Source: Octopus sinensis
Lineage: Eukaryota
Direction: 5' to 3'
Length of the DNA stretch: 64,000 bases
NCBI RefSeq assembly: GCF_006345805.1
Contig: NC_043000.1
Span: 90,520,001 to 90,584,000, forward strand
Numbering within the stretch: position 1 is the first letter of the stretch; the number at the start of each line of letters is the position of its first letter. Shown piece after piece: positions 39,416 to 54,487 of this stretch. The notes under the pieces are model-generated. The model made no database searches. It worked only from the letters and a program-made list of their open reading frames with translations, and was not told the origin of the DNA. The position numbers and the translations under genes were made by a program.

Positions 39416-39674
39416 TATTTCTTTCCTCTTCTCCCATCTTCTCTCCTCTTGCCTTCTCTTCTACATATTTTTCTATATTTCCTCAATATCTTCTTAATTT
39501 TGCACTTCTTAATACTGAAATTTGCACATTTCCTCTTCTTCTTCCCTCCTCCTCCTCCTCCTCCCTCCTCGTTCCCCCTCCGTTCTCCACCTCCTCTAGC
39601 CCTCCTCCTCCACCTCCCATTGTCATCATCGTTGTCGCCGCCGCCGCCGCCGCCGCCACCACCGTCGTTGTCCT

Positions 39675-39720
<46 letters not shown>

Positions 39721-40448
39721 CCATCATCATCGTCGTCGTCGTCTTCTTCTTCTTCTTCTTCTTCTTCTTCTTCTTCTTCTTCTTCTTCGTCTTCTTCCTA
39801 TATCGTAAAACGAGGCTCAAGTGTTATGAAGTGTTCCTGGAGATAGTTTCCGAAATGAATAAGGAAAGGAAATAAAAAAAAGAACCTCCCCTTCCAATGC
39901 CTAATCAAAAACAGTAAAAAAAGACCCACGAAAACAAAACAAAACAAACAGACAAATAACCCCATAAGAGCCCTCCCCCTACATCTGTAAGCCGATGTGT
40001 GAATTCAATACGTAATCAATATGAACGATAGCAACGCGTAAATAATTTACCGTTATTTTTAGAGAGAATGCTGGGTTTGTCTTGTCGTGCTGCCATGCAA
40101 TACGATGATAGAACTTTTAGTTTTTTGGTTAAGGAGTGGCAGGAGGAAGAAGAGAAAGCGGAAAGAAGAGGGTGAAGGTAAAAAGCAAAATACGAGCTTC
40201 TCTCTGAGTGTGCATGTGAGTGAAAATGTGTGTGCGCGTCGCATATGTGTGCTGTGGTTACGTGTGTGCACGTGTGTTTCTATATGTGTGTATGTGTGTG
40301 TAAGTGTGTGTGTGTGTGTTTATATACATATAGATATGCATATACTTATCTGTGTGTATGGATATACGTATAGGTATTTGCACATATGTTCCTGAATATA
40401 TATATGTATATATATATATATGCGTGTATATATATATATATATGCGTG

Positions 40449-40479
<31 letters not shown>

Positions 40480-40798
40480 ATATATTATATATAATATATA
40501 TATATATATGCCTATATATATATTATTGTATATTAAATGTGTGAATATATATGTATATATAAACATGTAATTATCTGTATGTGTATATATACATATATAC
40601 ATCTGTGTATGTGTGCGTGTGTGTGTATGTGAGTATGTAAATATGTATTTGACTACATATTGTGCACACGCATATGTATATATATTTATGTATATATATA
40701 TATGTATACACATAAACGCGCACACACACATATATATGTATATACACATACATTTACATACATGTATATATATATATATATATGCTTATATATATATG

Positions 40799-40844
<46 letters not shown>

Positions 40845-41073
40845 CTTTAATATACATATGTGTGTGTGTATGTATGTATATATATATATGTATGCATATA
40901 TACGTGTGTGTGTCAGCGGTTAAGTGTTGTAATGTTAAGGGTATAAGATAGCGATAGTGAAAGATAGTACTCTTATGTGGATAGAGAAAGCGAAAGTATG
41001 AGAAAGAGAAAGAGGAAACGAAAGGGGGATAATCTATATCAGAGAAGATATAGATAAGAGGGCATAACGCACA

Positions 41074-41126
<53 letters not shown>

Positions 41127-41332
41127 GCAAATAATAAAAGAGAAAAACAAAACAATGCAGAGATATGTCTAATGGAAAATGAACGTATGGATTGATAGAT
41201 TTTGAGATATATATTAATGGACCTGTGTGTATATACATGCATAAAATTTTCCACACGCCCATATATATGCTGCAACGAAACAGACGGTCACGCAAACAAA
41301 ATATTAACAAAAACATTTTACATAATGAGTGC

Positions 41333-41405
<73 letters not shown>

Positions 41406-41736
41406 TATATATATAAATATATTATATATATATATATACATATATATGTGCACGTATGTACATGAATTTTTCGACACTATTTATGGTTAGTATATATACA
41501 CTCATGTATATATGTATGAATGTCTGTCTGTATGTATACACGCATGTGTATTAAAGGTTGCGTGGGTAAATAAATTGCTGAAGATAGGTTGATATAGATG
41601 GGTAGATATATTGCTACATTATACAAGGTAATGTATAAATGTTAGCACGAATAGCAAAATGAACACGAAGAAAAGATAGAAAATTATATAGCTAAATGTG
41701 TGTGTGCATTACATGTATGTACATATCTACAAATGA

Positions 41737-41779
<43 letters not shown>

Positions 41780-41966
41780 TGTACATATAAGTTTTTGAAT
41801 CTCTCACACCTTATCTCTTCCTCAGCCATCCTCTCTTACTCATCTCCTCTCTTTCCCTCTCCCTCCCTCTACACATACATATATGTACGAATACTCATAT
41901 ATGTATGAATATATATATATATACTCATATATGTATGAATATATATATATGTATATATATATATGT

Positions 41967-42275
41967 AGGAGCACTCCGTTGGTTACGACGACGAGGGTCC
42001 CAGCTGATACGATCAACGGAACAGCCTGCTCATGAAATTAACGTGCGAGTGACTGAGCAATCTACAGACACGTGTACCCCTAACGTATTTCCCAGGGAGA
42101 TTCAGCGTGACACTGAGTGTGAGAAGGCTGGCTCTTTGAAATACAGGTACAACTCATTTTTGCCAGCTGAGTGGACTGGAGCAACGTGAAATAACGTGTC
42201 TTGCTCAAGGACAACGCATCACCGGGAATTGAACTTACGTGAGACGAATGTTCTAACCACTGAGCCACGTCCCTT
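41967..42275 (-). mobile_element. SINE family D, near full length
   Basis: Collinear with 57094-57397; tRNA-like head at the right end (GTGGCTCAGTGGTTAG...GTTCAATTCCC). Confidence 0.85.
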
Positions 42276-42483
42276 CGTATATACATACATACATACATAC
42301 ATACATACATACATACATACATACATACATACATACATACATACACACACACGCACACACACACATATATAACGAGAGAAGTTTTATATAATTATTGTTT
42401 ATATAGATTTAATATTTTTGTCATATACATTATATGCGTATTCTTTCGGCTATGAGCACACATATACGAATGTGTGCATGTGG

Positions 42484-42525
<42 letters not shown>

Positions 42526-42622
42526 TAAGTATACATGCATAATATACATTATATATATGCATATATTTGTGTATTATACCTACATACCTACATTACATGT
42601 ATATACATATATATATGTATAC

Positions 42623-42677
<55 letters not shown>

Positions 42678-43479
42678 ATATATATATATATATAGTGATG
42701 TTTATGAGCGTATATATATGTATACGTACACATATACATCGGTATGTTTTGCTTTTATGTCAGTTCCTTTTAGAAGCAGATAAATACGCTAGAATTTAAG
42801 CTTCATATCTGGTTATTTAAAATCAAAGCCTTTTCAGCGTTGTTAATTTTGCATATAGTCAAATTACACTACAAAATCGTGGGCTTAATTATTTCCTATA
42901 TTTACATTATCAGAGTAGGGTTAAGTACGTTAATTATGAAAAATATTATTAGAGGTAGCTAACGTTTTTCGCAAGTTGAGCGAACAAGGCCAACCATCCG
43001 GAATATTTTATTGCGACCTCTTTATTACATGAATATGCGGTCATCCCCAACTTTTAAAATTAAACGATAAATTAACCCACATACTTTTTAATAGATAATT
43101 ATATAAAACATTGAATCTGAGGTAAATATTTTTAAAGTTAGATTAAGAATTTATTAGCAGGATGACTGAATATTGAGATCAGAGTAAAATCTATTATAAA
43201 CTCGTTTACATACATCTCATAATATATTATCCATAGTTTAATGACGGCAGAGTATGATTTAATAGACATTTGGTTGCTATTTGTAGTAGGGAGAACGACT
43301 CTGCAGAAAATACCTCGTTGGTGTGAGCACCTTCGTATGGTTGGATACCACGAGAACATCACTCGAGTCACCATGTTTCAGAATGTAACCTTGAGGAAAA
43401 ATACAATATTAATATGTTTTCGTTTTGCTCAAACCATTGTATGTACATAGTTCTTACAGTGACACGAAAACATCCGGAG

Positions 43480-44050
43480 ACTAGTGATGATGGAATGTTA
43501 TCTTTGCTCGCTCAGTTTTCCAAGTGTTACCACTCTGAGCCAAATTGCACACTTCTTTCCATATGATACCCATCTCGGTCAAGTCTAATCTACTCACACA
43601 GTCTTTTGCCATGTCTTCACCGTTCGGTCATCTCCTTCCTTTAACTGTCCACTCGACCGCTGTCTTTGCCCGTCTCTCCAAGGATAATCGTGATATAAGA
43701 ACAGACGGCTTCTTTTGTCAAGCTGTGATTGTATCTTGCAGTTTACTTAAGCCAGCTCTTCTCGTGATTTCATTGCTTGTGACGTGGTCGTACCAGTGAT
43801 CTTCTGCATACTTCTAAGGCAACAACAATGAAGAACATTTGCCATATTGCAAATCCTCTCCATCAGCTTCCGTGCTTCATTTGCACACAATGCCGTGGGA
43901 ATGACAATAGATACGTATAGACGAATTTGAACCCTTGATGAATGGAAGAAAACGACTATGTTGGTCTCAAACATTGGAAGACTACCTTAGCCGATCGGAA
44001 GCCCGTATGAGAAAAGAGTGCGAGGCTGGCAGCCTTTGCCCCTCAAAATT
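43480..44050 (-). mobile_element. RTE-type LINE RT C-terminal fragment
   Basis: ORF 43747-43974(-) VQIRLYVSIVIPTALCANE...NVLHCCCLRSMQKITG resembles KIRLYxSxVxPTALYAxE...xCLRKILG. Confidence 0.7.
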
Positions 44051-44442
44051 AAACAAAGGCTACAGAAACCATTCTGGAGACTGAGGCAGAGCAAAAATGT
44101 GAAATTGCAGTATTCATGCTTTTCTTAAGGACATTAGTGTCGTATGTGAGAAGATGAATGATGTTCACAAACGAGCAATCAGATTGTTGGTTAGATTTGG
44201 CCCGAGATTATTATTTGTACTTTACGAAGCTTGCTCCATTTTTGTGCTGAAATATTTATAAATATAATTTAGTGATATGCACGAGATGAGCTTTATAACG
44301 TTCATACCCAGTGTCTCACATATATGAACGTATGTATGTATGCACATATGTACGAACATATGCATGTATGTATGCATGGAAACACTCTCTCATACATGTA
44401 CATTTTCGTATGTATATATGTGTGGATGAATGTATACATATG

Positions 44443-44476
<34 letters not shown>

Positions 44477-44502
44477 ATATTATAAATGCAACATATATAT
44501 CG

Positions 44503-44589
<87 letters not shown>

Positions 44590-44737
44590 GTATATGTATG
44601 TATTCCATATGTATGTATATTTCGGTGTGTGAATATTTGAAAGGAAAACACAATCAAAGCGATGAATCTATTTTATAAATGGATAAAGGCAGATGACTGA
44701 CAAAGAAAGGCAGAAAGAGAAGAAAACGAAGAGTAAC

Positions 44738-44781
<44 letters not shown>

Positions 44782-44891
44782 CTAGAGAGGCAGACAGACA
44801 GGCAAACTCAGAGATAGATCGATCAATAGATAGATACATACATATACAGATAGATAGACTGACATACAGTTAGAGAGACGGACAGAGCGAC

Positions 44892-44958
<67 letters not shown>

Positions 44959-45348
44959 GGGAGGTGTAGTTAACTGAGGAGAGCAGACCATTGAAAGTAA
45001 TAAATTTCAAATATATTGGAATATTCTGCAGAAATTATAAGAAATGTAATAAAGTTTCCTATGATAAAAATTGCTTTCCTTTGAATATGGTGGCAAAACT
45101 TGTGTATTGTGTCCGTGTGTATTTATGTGTGTATTTGTGCTTTGGGTGTGTGCGTGAGTATGAATTATGAATGTGTGCATATGCAGACGTGCATGTGAGT
45201 TCGTGCATGTGTTGGGTTTGTATCCTTTGTGAGCTAGTGAGTGTATACATTTGTAAATGTATACATATGCCTGTGTGTGCACACACACACCCAATTATAC
45301 CTACAAATATATATATATATATACATACATACATACAACATACATTAC

Positions 45349-45420
<72 letters not shown>

Positions 45421-45482
45421 TAGTATACATGTATGCATAAACACACATACATTATAAATATGTATATATATATATATATAAC

Positions 45483-45520
<38 letters not shown>

Positions 45521-46308
45521 ATGTGTGTGTGTGTGTAAACATATGCGTGAGACGGTGTGTAAATGAGGATGGCTTTTACACAGAGATTAATCATGCATCA
45601 ACAAGGCCAGAGAATTTAAACAAGACGGAGAAACCATTCGTCAACTCTTTGAGTAAAATAAAAAAAATGATTACTTTCTTACAAAATAACAACTACATCA
45701 ATAACAACAACAAAAACAAGAAGAAAAAGAAGAAGCAGAAGAGGAAGAAGAAGAAGAAGAAGAAGAAGAAGAAGAAGAAGAAGAAGAAGAAGAAGAACAA
45801 CAACAACAGCAACATCATCAGCGACAATATGTTACATTCAATTTTCTGGAAAAATAGAGCGAGTGAGAGGGAATGCTAGAAATGATAGAAAGAGAGAGAG
45901 TGAGAGAGAGAGAGAGAGAGAGAGTGGGGGGACGATAACGGGGATGGGGAAGAGAAGAATGAAATGAGATTGCGTGACGTTCATACGTTCCACATGCGGA
46001 TCTGAAATCGATAATGAGGTCACACAACGTCTTGAGAAATATTCCGATGTACTTTTTTTCTCTTTAGACACAACCCGTGTTGAGTTCATCATTTTTATGG
46101 CTAGTGTTATTGTTGCTATTGTTGTTGTGTACCTCTAGATTATTTCTGATTCAACAGACTTATGATGAAAAGTAATGACTGTACCGGCGTTTTAACTATA
46201 ACTACACTATCAAAAGATTTATAGGACAATCTTAATCCAGCCCTGACAACTCTGTCAATTTGTCTAGGAACTACAACATCATAGAAGTACAAAATGTGTT
46301 TTTGCCCT

Positions 46309-46349
<41 letters not shown>

Positions 46350-47070
46350 GGTGGTGGTGGTGGTGGTGGTGGTGGTTGCTATTGTTGTTATTGTTGTTGC
46401 TTAGTTTCCCCTCGCACATCAGATCTATAACTAAAAGTTTTCGGATCGGAACTATCAAATTGATATCTAAGACTACATTATTCAAGATGAACATCCTGTG
46501 TACGTCAGTAAAGTGAGACTGGTGGGAGGTTTGGCAGCTATTTCTAGTAGACCGAGCCATTCCAGATTTTGGAGCACTAGGACAAATACTAAAATTCTAT
46601 CCAAGACTGGAACTACTCTGTCTTTTGATAACTACGACACGCAATAAACAGAATAAATGCATAAATAAGTAATTAAATAGATTTTACAAAAACGGAATTC
46701 AAGGGAACTAGTAATGGTCTGCAACGATAGAAATCAAAATCATTTAATAACATTTGCATCTTTGAATATATTTGTACGGTATATGTATTTGTAAATTGTA
46801 ATATTTTGAGCAATAATACTCTTCTTCATGAGGATGATAGCCTTAAATAAATTAAATAAAGAAGTGTTTTTCTGAATGTCATTAAACATCGTAGAATGGA
46901 GTGAAATGACTGCAACCCAAAATCGACACCCCGGATCAAAGTATCTTACCGAAAGCCCCTTTTTCTTTCTTACGTCTTTCAGCAACTCGCATCAAATCAA
47001 CCTCTTAGATACATTTTACGAGTCTACGTAAATATATATGCACATATATGCATATACTAGCATATATGTA

Positions 47071-47157
<87 letters not shown>

Positions 47158-47250
47158 TGTATAATTATTATTTGAGAGAATAAAATCCAAACTTACAAGG
47201 AAAAAAATTCAATTTAGAAATACTAAATCAAATTTCACACAATATAATAT

Positions 47251-47426
47251 ATATATAAAAAATTAGAAAAACACCTTTTGTCAATTCAAATGAACAATTA
47301 AATTACACCATTTTATTGTTATTTTAATTTCAATTTTTCTATTATATGTAATTTTCAAGATGGTGTAATTTAATTGTTCATTTTGAATTGATAAAAGGTG
47401 GGTTTTATTTTCTAATTTTATATATA
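47251..47426. repeat. Inverted repeat, arms about 61-67 bp (47251-47311 / 47360-47426), 48-bp spacer
   Basis: CAATTCAAATGAACAATTAAATTACACCAT versus ATGGTGTAATTTAATTGTTCATTTTGAATTG. Confidence 0.85.
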
Positions 47427-47895
47427 CATATATATATATTATATATAAATCTACACACATTCATGCGTATATACACACATGTGTATACGCATACATGCAG
47501 TTACTTCGGACTATTGTTTTAGATTTCTAATCGATGATTAGTGGAGCTCTTCACTACGTGACTAACTACCTCTGTATCAAACCTTATAAACTGCGTTTCA
47601 TAAAACTGTAAAGAACACATCTCATCAGAAGATGAAAGATGTGACAAGTGCCGCCAAAATATAGAAAACATTCATGAAGTTTGCATATGCAAATGTATCC
47701 ATGACACATGAAGATGACATTCACTTTGTGTCCATGTTTATGTGTAGATAATTTTGTATATTCTGAGATATATCTTCCGTGCATGTGCACTTAACGGGCG
47801 CGAGCACACACACATACGCACACACGCACACACACATATCTGTCTAAGTATGCGTTTGTGTATACATACAAGACCACCTTGTTGATTTTGCTTAA

Positions 47896-48106
47896 CCCAT
47901 TAAGTCCCAGAGTACTTAAATTTCTGAAAATGACTTAATTTTTTACAGATGATTAAAAATACGTTAAAATGAAAAAAATAATTATTAAAACTCATTAGAA
48001 ATGGAAATACTCAGTGTCTTAAAAACAGGACACGGAGACAATGTGATATAGCTTATTCAATGCTCTCATTTAGTGTCCTGTTTATAGGACAGTGGGACTT
48101 AATGTG
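47896..48106. mobile_element. piggyBac-type MITE (211 bp)
   Basis: TTAA|CCCATTAAGTCCCA ... TGGGACTTAATGTG|TTAA: TTAA TSD and 14-bp TIR with one mismatch. Confidence 0.8.
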
Positions 48107-48212
48107 TTAAGTTGCAATGAAAAGTGTCTTAATTTGTAGGCTAGAAATATTGTCTTTCTCCAGTGGTGAGAAATTCGTAAAATGAAACCAAGATGCATAC
48201 ATACATATATAT

Positions 48213-48256
<44 letters not shown>

Positions 48257-48298
48257 TACATACAGTATATATATATATATACATATATACTGTGTATA

Positions 48299-48386
<88 letters not shown>

Positions 48387-48681
48387 GTAATATATATAAT
48401 TCCATGCAAAAATTCATGAGTAAATAAAGGCGCAATATGGATACATTTACACACACAAATAAACACACACGCACACACATTCTCACACATACATACAAAA
48501 ATACAGACGCATACACATACATAGCGTCTACCCACACATAAAATCATCCGTAATTCTTTAAATGTCGAACCGAAAATTCGAAGCCAAAATTACTGCGAAA
48601 TTCTCGAATACTCATTCTGCTTGTCTATCTGCTTGACTGTCCTTCTCCGATTCTGTCTGTCTGTTTATCTATCTATCTATC

Positions 48682-48752
<71 letters not shown>

Positions 48753-48916
48753 CTATCTGTCTATCTGTCTATCTATCTATCTATCTATATCTATCTATTA
48801 TCTATCTATATATCTATCTATCTATCGATCTATCTATCTATCATCTATCTATCTATCTATCTATCTGTCTATCTGTCTATCTATCTATCTATCTATCTAT
48901 TCTATCTATCTATCTA

Positions 48917-48951
<35 letters not shown>

Positions 48952-48963
48952 TCTATCTATCTA

Positions 48964-48998
<35 letters not shown>

Positions 48999-49201
48999 GC
49001 CTGCCTGTCTGTCTGTCTGTCTGTCTGTCTGTCGATCAAGCCAAGTAGGTAGCTGTCAACTTGCCTATTTTTATAGTAATATGCATGTGGGCATAAGTGT
49101 CTGGATTTGAGTCATTGCAAGTGTATAAATTACTTGTTCGTATACATACAGACATGCACATATGTGCACGCACACAACTATATATATACATATATGTGCG
49201 C

Positions 49202-49242
<41 letters not shown>

Positions 49243-49282
49243 GATATGTACCTATACATATGTATATGTATATATGGATATA

Positions 49283-49321
<39 letters not shown>

Positions 49322-50414
49322 ATATATATATGTATATACATGCATATGCATATGTAAATATGTATATATATATGTTTGTGTATGTATGCATGCATATATG
49401 CGCGCATACGTACGTCACACTGTTTGGTATATCTTGAAGTTGGTCGCTACCAGCAGCCGCTAGTGTACATGATGTTGAGAGTGATTAAACTTAACGCGTT
49501 GTTAAATTTCTGAAACGTCATTGAATATCGAAATGTGAATTGGTTGTACATGCCGCAAGGCGGGTCTGGTTTCTCCTTTACAGTTTCATACAAAAACTTG
49601 CAACACGATCAAATACCTGCTGTAATTTGGAGTTTGAAATCCCACGAGACTTATTAGAAAACATCCAGCTACGTATTTGATGGCTCTATGTAGGTCTATG
49701 TAGCTCTATGTAGGCTAGGCATTAGGTTAGTACAATACAATTTCTGCTACGGAGACTGATAAGGAAAAAAAAAAAAAAAAAAAAAGAAATAAAACAAAAA
49801 GAACAAAAAGCAAAACATAAACATAATAAAATGAAATATCTGAAGAAATTCCAGTTCTCAATAAGTTTACATTCCATACACCTAGAGACATACAATGTTA
49901 TATGAAAAACTTATAGAAAAATAAGTGAATACGACGACGGTCATAGAATTATTTTGTACGTATCTGTGTTTGCAAGTGTGTCTCTGTGTGTTTATGTGTG
50001 TTTGTTTGTTTGTGTGTCTGTTTGTTTGTGTGTGTGTTTGTGTGTGTGTGTAGTTCATGGAGTGTGTTACTAGGTCGTAGTAAATAATGTCTGAACTTAT
50101 CAAACCTCGCCGTTCGTTAATAAGCGTAATATAGTATATAGCATGGATTTGATGCCACAAAGGCGACGATCAAATCTCAGAAAACTTTTCTGATGAAGCT
50201 GGTTTGGCAGCATGGTTAAGGAATTTACTCAAGGTTCCGAGTTCGGTTCTACAAGGGTAAATCTTAGCTAATTATTTTTTTTACTGTATTTGAGCCGCAC
50301 CTCGTGAGTGTAACTAGGTAGATGGAAGTCGTTTGGAAGCTCGTTAGATCGAGTGTGTACCCACTATTCACAAATGATGATAGTGATGATGATGATGATG
50401 ATGATGAGGATAAT

Positions 50415-51120
50415 CTTTTCTGCTATAGCCACAATGCCTGAAAGTTTTGGAGGAAAGGGATAGTTGATTACATCGATTTCAATACTAGACTGGCTCTGAT
50501 TTACCGACTTAGAAAGGATGAAAGGCTAAGGTGACCTTTGATCTTTGAACATAAAGGGACGGAAAAAAATGCTGCTAAGCATTTCGCCAGACGTGCTAGC
50601 GTTTCTTATTTCTTTATTGCCCACAAGGGGCTAAACATAGCGCTGCAATCAAGGACAGACAAAGGGATTAAGTCGATTACATCGACACCAGTACGTAACT
50701 GGTACTTAATTTATCGACCCTGAAAGGATGAAAGGCAAAGTTGACCTCGGCGGAATTTGAACTCAGAACGTAGCGGCAGACGAAATACCTATTTCTTTAC
50801 TACTCACAAGGGGCTAAACACAGAGAGGACAGACAAACGGATTAAGTCGATTATATCGACCCCAGTGCATAACTGGTACTTATGTAATCGACCCCGAAAG
50901 GATGAAAGGCAAAATATTTCTCAGCGGAATTTGAACTCAGAACGTAGCATTTCGCTCGGTGTGCTAATGTTTCTGTCAGCTCTGCCAGCTCGGCGCACTA
51001 ATGATTCTGTCAGTTCGCCACCTTCAATACTAGCAATAACGATTTCAAATTTTGGCACAAGGAGAAGTGGGGTAGTTGATTAGATTGATCCCAGTGTCCA
51101 TCTGGTACTTATTTTATCGA
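50415..51120 (-). mobile_element. Tandem cluster of 3-4 family C SINE pieces
   Basis: Repeated AAGGATGAAAGGC...TTTGAACTCAGAACGTAGC and ACAAGGGGCTAAACA...GACAGACAAA blocks. Confidence 0.8.
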
Positions 51121-51121
51121 T

Positions 51122-51520
51122 CACTGGTTGTGCAAGAAATATGGGCTAGAATGTTCCAATAGGTTGTATGAATACCAACCTTTGTCAGTAGTAGAGAATG
51201 ATCAGGTGAAACTCACAAGAGATATACTAGACAAAAAGCTGAAATATAAACGATTATATATCACTCTCCTAAGAAAGAACCTTCATTGACGTAGCTATCG
51301 ATATAGACCAGAATATTGTAAAAACAGAGGAAGAGAAAGTCGAAAAGTACCAAACTTATCATTGGAAGTGAAACAAATCCATAGAGCCTAGAGGCCGTCG
51401 AGCAATATTCCGGCAATATTCTGGTATAAAAAGCTGCGAATATCAAACTTCATAGGAAGTACTCAGTTGGCAGCAATACTTCAAACGGCTCATGTGTTGG
51501 GAAAAGTGTTGCATCTTTAA
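51122..51520 (+). mobile_element. Fourth R4/Dong-type fragment (REL domain)
   Basis: WLCKKYGLECSNRLYEYQPLSVVENDQVKL...IDVAIDIDQNIVKTEEEKVEKYQ...AAILQTAHVLGKVL across frameshifts. Confidence 0.75.
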
Positions 51521-51589
51521 GCTGCAAGATGGAGCTGAGATGTGGCACAGATAAATTTGAAGTTCAGTGAATTAATAATATTTCTTTCT

Positions 51590-51792
51590 ACTAAAGGCAC
51601 AAGGCTTGAAATTTTGGGAGAGGGTAATAGTCGATTACATCGACCTCAGTGTTTCACTGGTACTTAATTTATAGACTCCAAAAGGATGAAAGGCGGAGTT
51701 TGACCTATGTGGAATTTGAACTTAGAACGTGAAGACAAAGAAAATACTGCTAAGTATTTCGCCCGGTGTACTAAAGATTCTGCCAGCTCGCT
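51590..51792 (-). mobile_element. SINE family C, followed by a long (TAA)n tract (51797-52125)
   Basis: Family C consensus blocks. Confidence 0.75.
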
Positions 51793-51793
51793 G

Positions 51794-51853
<60 letters not shown>

Positions 51854-51882
51854 TAAGGATAATAATGATAATGATAATAATG

Positions 51883-51944
<62 letters not shown>

Positions 51945-51955
51945 AATAACAATAC

Positions 51956-51988
<33 letters not shown>

Positions 51989-52015
51989 TTATGATAATAA
52001 TAACAATAATAATAA

Positions 52016-52046
<31 letters not shown>

Positions 52047-52065
52047 AGTAGTAGTAATAATAATA

Positions 52066-52105
<40 letters not shown>

Positions 52106-52519
52106 TAATAATAATAATAATAATTTCTCTGCCCTAGGTGTCAGGAAAACACTCGGCAAGAAATGGAAACAATATTGAAAGAAGATTCTAATGAAAATGA
52201 TAATAATAATAATAACGATAATTTCTCTACGAAAAGTTTGCAAAACGAGGAATACAAAATACAATATGATAAGTTGTGGGGCTATATGAAGACATTTAAA
52301 AAGTAAAACGAAAAAAAAAACAAAAAATAAACCAGCAAAGAAATCAAAATTCAAGCAAGAAAAACTTCCCTTGAAGGGATCACATATCGGAGAGCTACAC
52401 GTGGAAATCCCAGAAATCCATGAATGCTTTGACCACTAGGCCAAGTGCTCTCTTCCTATCATTTTCCCTAAATTTACAGGTGCATTCTTAGTGCAAGTAT
52501 TCGGGACTTCCTTACCCCA

Positions 52520-53240
52520 TTCACTCACCTTTCAATAAATTTACTGGAAAGCAGTATTTCCTCTCTCCACTTTTACCTCACTTTTCAAGTAAAACTTGAA
52601 AAAAAATTGATGAGGGCTTGGCCAGATTATGAAGGCATCTCTCTTCAGCTTTTTAAGTTTCGCCCACCACAGAACCTTTCTTTCTAAGCTCATCAGACAG
52701 ATAAACACCACCTGTCCTTTGGACAGGAAGGACAAGTGGTGAGCTTATAATAAACTCAGCTGTTAGTCAGATCCGTGTCACGTGCAACAGCAGTTGTTCG
52801 ACATAATTCTACAAGTCGGCACTGTTCAAGCACTGGACGAGCGCTTGCAGAATAGTTTCGTGGATCTACGCACACTTTGAGTAGGCCCGGTTGACGGCAT
52901 TTCTATCCTTGCCAGCAGAATTTATCACGACATGGACATGACTCCCAGAGATTTATGCAAGTTATCCAATGGCCCCGGCTTCAACATCCCCCGACAGCTG
53001 ATACTCGTCAACGCCTAGAAGCTCTCCGAGAATGTAGCCACTCATGCCTGCCACTAAACCTTTAGAGAACAGCATTACCTAACTAACTGAGAGCTTGTGA
53101 GCAACTGAAGATACTTTGGGTGCTAAGCACTTTGCCTCAGTCTACGCTCGATCCACGACTGTAGCTCACTCAAAAACATCAACAGTGGAGAGTTAGTCTG
53201 ACAAACTGGTCACAGCTGCTTAGCTTCATGGTGGAACAAT
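52520..53240 (-). mobile_element. L1/Tx1-type LINE 3' fragment
   Basis: Minus strand SKCA*IHETILQALVQC...NYVEQLL (zf-RVT-like) and VFICLMSLERKVLWWAKLKKLK...FFFKFYLKSEVKVER. Confidence 0.55.
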
Positions 53241-53757
53241 CACAAAAGACCTGATATTATTAAACGGACGGTCTAAGAAATAGGAAGCAATTTGTGGGTA
53301 AACTGACTAGGAAGTTGGTTGTTTCGTCGATATTTGTAGATAAAGCGAACATCTGTGGTGCATTAATTGAGAACTTAGAGGTTTTTTTGGTTATGTTGAG
53401 TAACAATAGATGTTTATACACGTTGAGAACATTAGGATTTTCCAAAAAAGATCAAAGGAATTTGATATGCCTTTCAAGCCAATTCGATTAGCAGCACAGT
53501 AAATATTTGAAAATAATTTCGAAGAATCACCATTCGGGTTTCCTGGAATGGAATATTTGCATATGGCACACATATACAGACATATGAATCGATAAATAGT
53601 AATGAGACATAGACCCGTGATAAAGAGACATTTTAACATTATTTTAAATGTGTAATAGATATATATATATATATCTATTACACATATTAATTATTTTCCA
53701 TTACTCATACTAACTCCTACTCACATTAATACATATACACATTTATTTCAACTCATA

Positions 53758-53970
53758 AAGCGGCGAGCTAGAAGAATCGTTATCGAATAACATAAAATGC
53801 TTAGCAGCGCTTATTGTTCTTAACGTTCTGATTTCAAATTCAACCGAGGTCGAATTTGCGTTTCACCGTTTCGTAGTCGATAATATAAATATCAGCTGGG
53901 CACAAGAGTCGGTGAAATCGACTAATCCTCTCCCCTCTAAAATTGTCAGTCCTGTGCCAAAATTTGAAAC
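53758..53970 (+). mobile_element. SINE family C
   Basis: GCGGCGAGCTAGAAGAATCGTT...GTGCCAAAATTTGAAAC. Confidence 0.75.
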
Positions 53971-54092
53971 ATTTGAAACTTCCACTCACATAATGAAAAA
54001 TCTCTGAAGTCAACTAAAAGAAAACTCGTCACGTTTTTAGAGAACAGCTTGAATTCTTCAAAAGAGGAACTTAAATAAAACAAAGAAAAACA

Positions 54093-54314
54093 TACGAGGG
54101 GGTGGGGTTGAACAGTTCCTGGCTTTGAGTAAAAGAAAATGTTGGAGGATCAGTTAAATATGATTTTATTCAACATATCCCCCTCTCAGATCCAGACACT
54201 TATTGCTGCGGTCCTTCAGTTTTTCTAACCCTGCAAAAGAACTCGGAAGGTTGGGCTTCCAGCCGGGCCTTTCGCGATATCCTTAAAGCCAAGAACATTT
54301 CAGCACCCGTCGTA
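54093..54314. mobile_element. Mariner-derived MITE
   Basis: TACGAGGGG...TTGAACAGTTCCTGGCTTT versus AAAGCCAAGAACATTTCAGCACCCGTCGTA; TA at both ends. Confidence 0.75.
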
Positions 54315-54452
54315 GTATACAAGTATAGGTATATAATCGTTTATACGTTTACTTGTTTCAGTTATTGAACTGCAGCGATGTTGTTTGTGGCAGCGCCTTG
54401 ATGTGTTTTAGTCGAACAAATCTTAACATCAACTTAGTAGTAAAATTAAATG

Positions 54453-54487
<35 letters not shown>

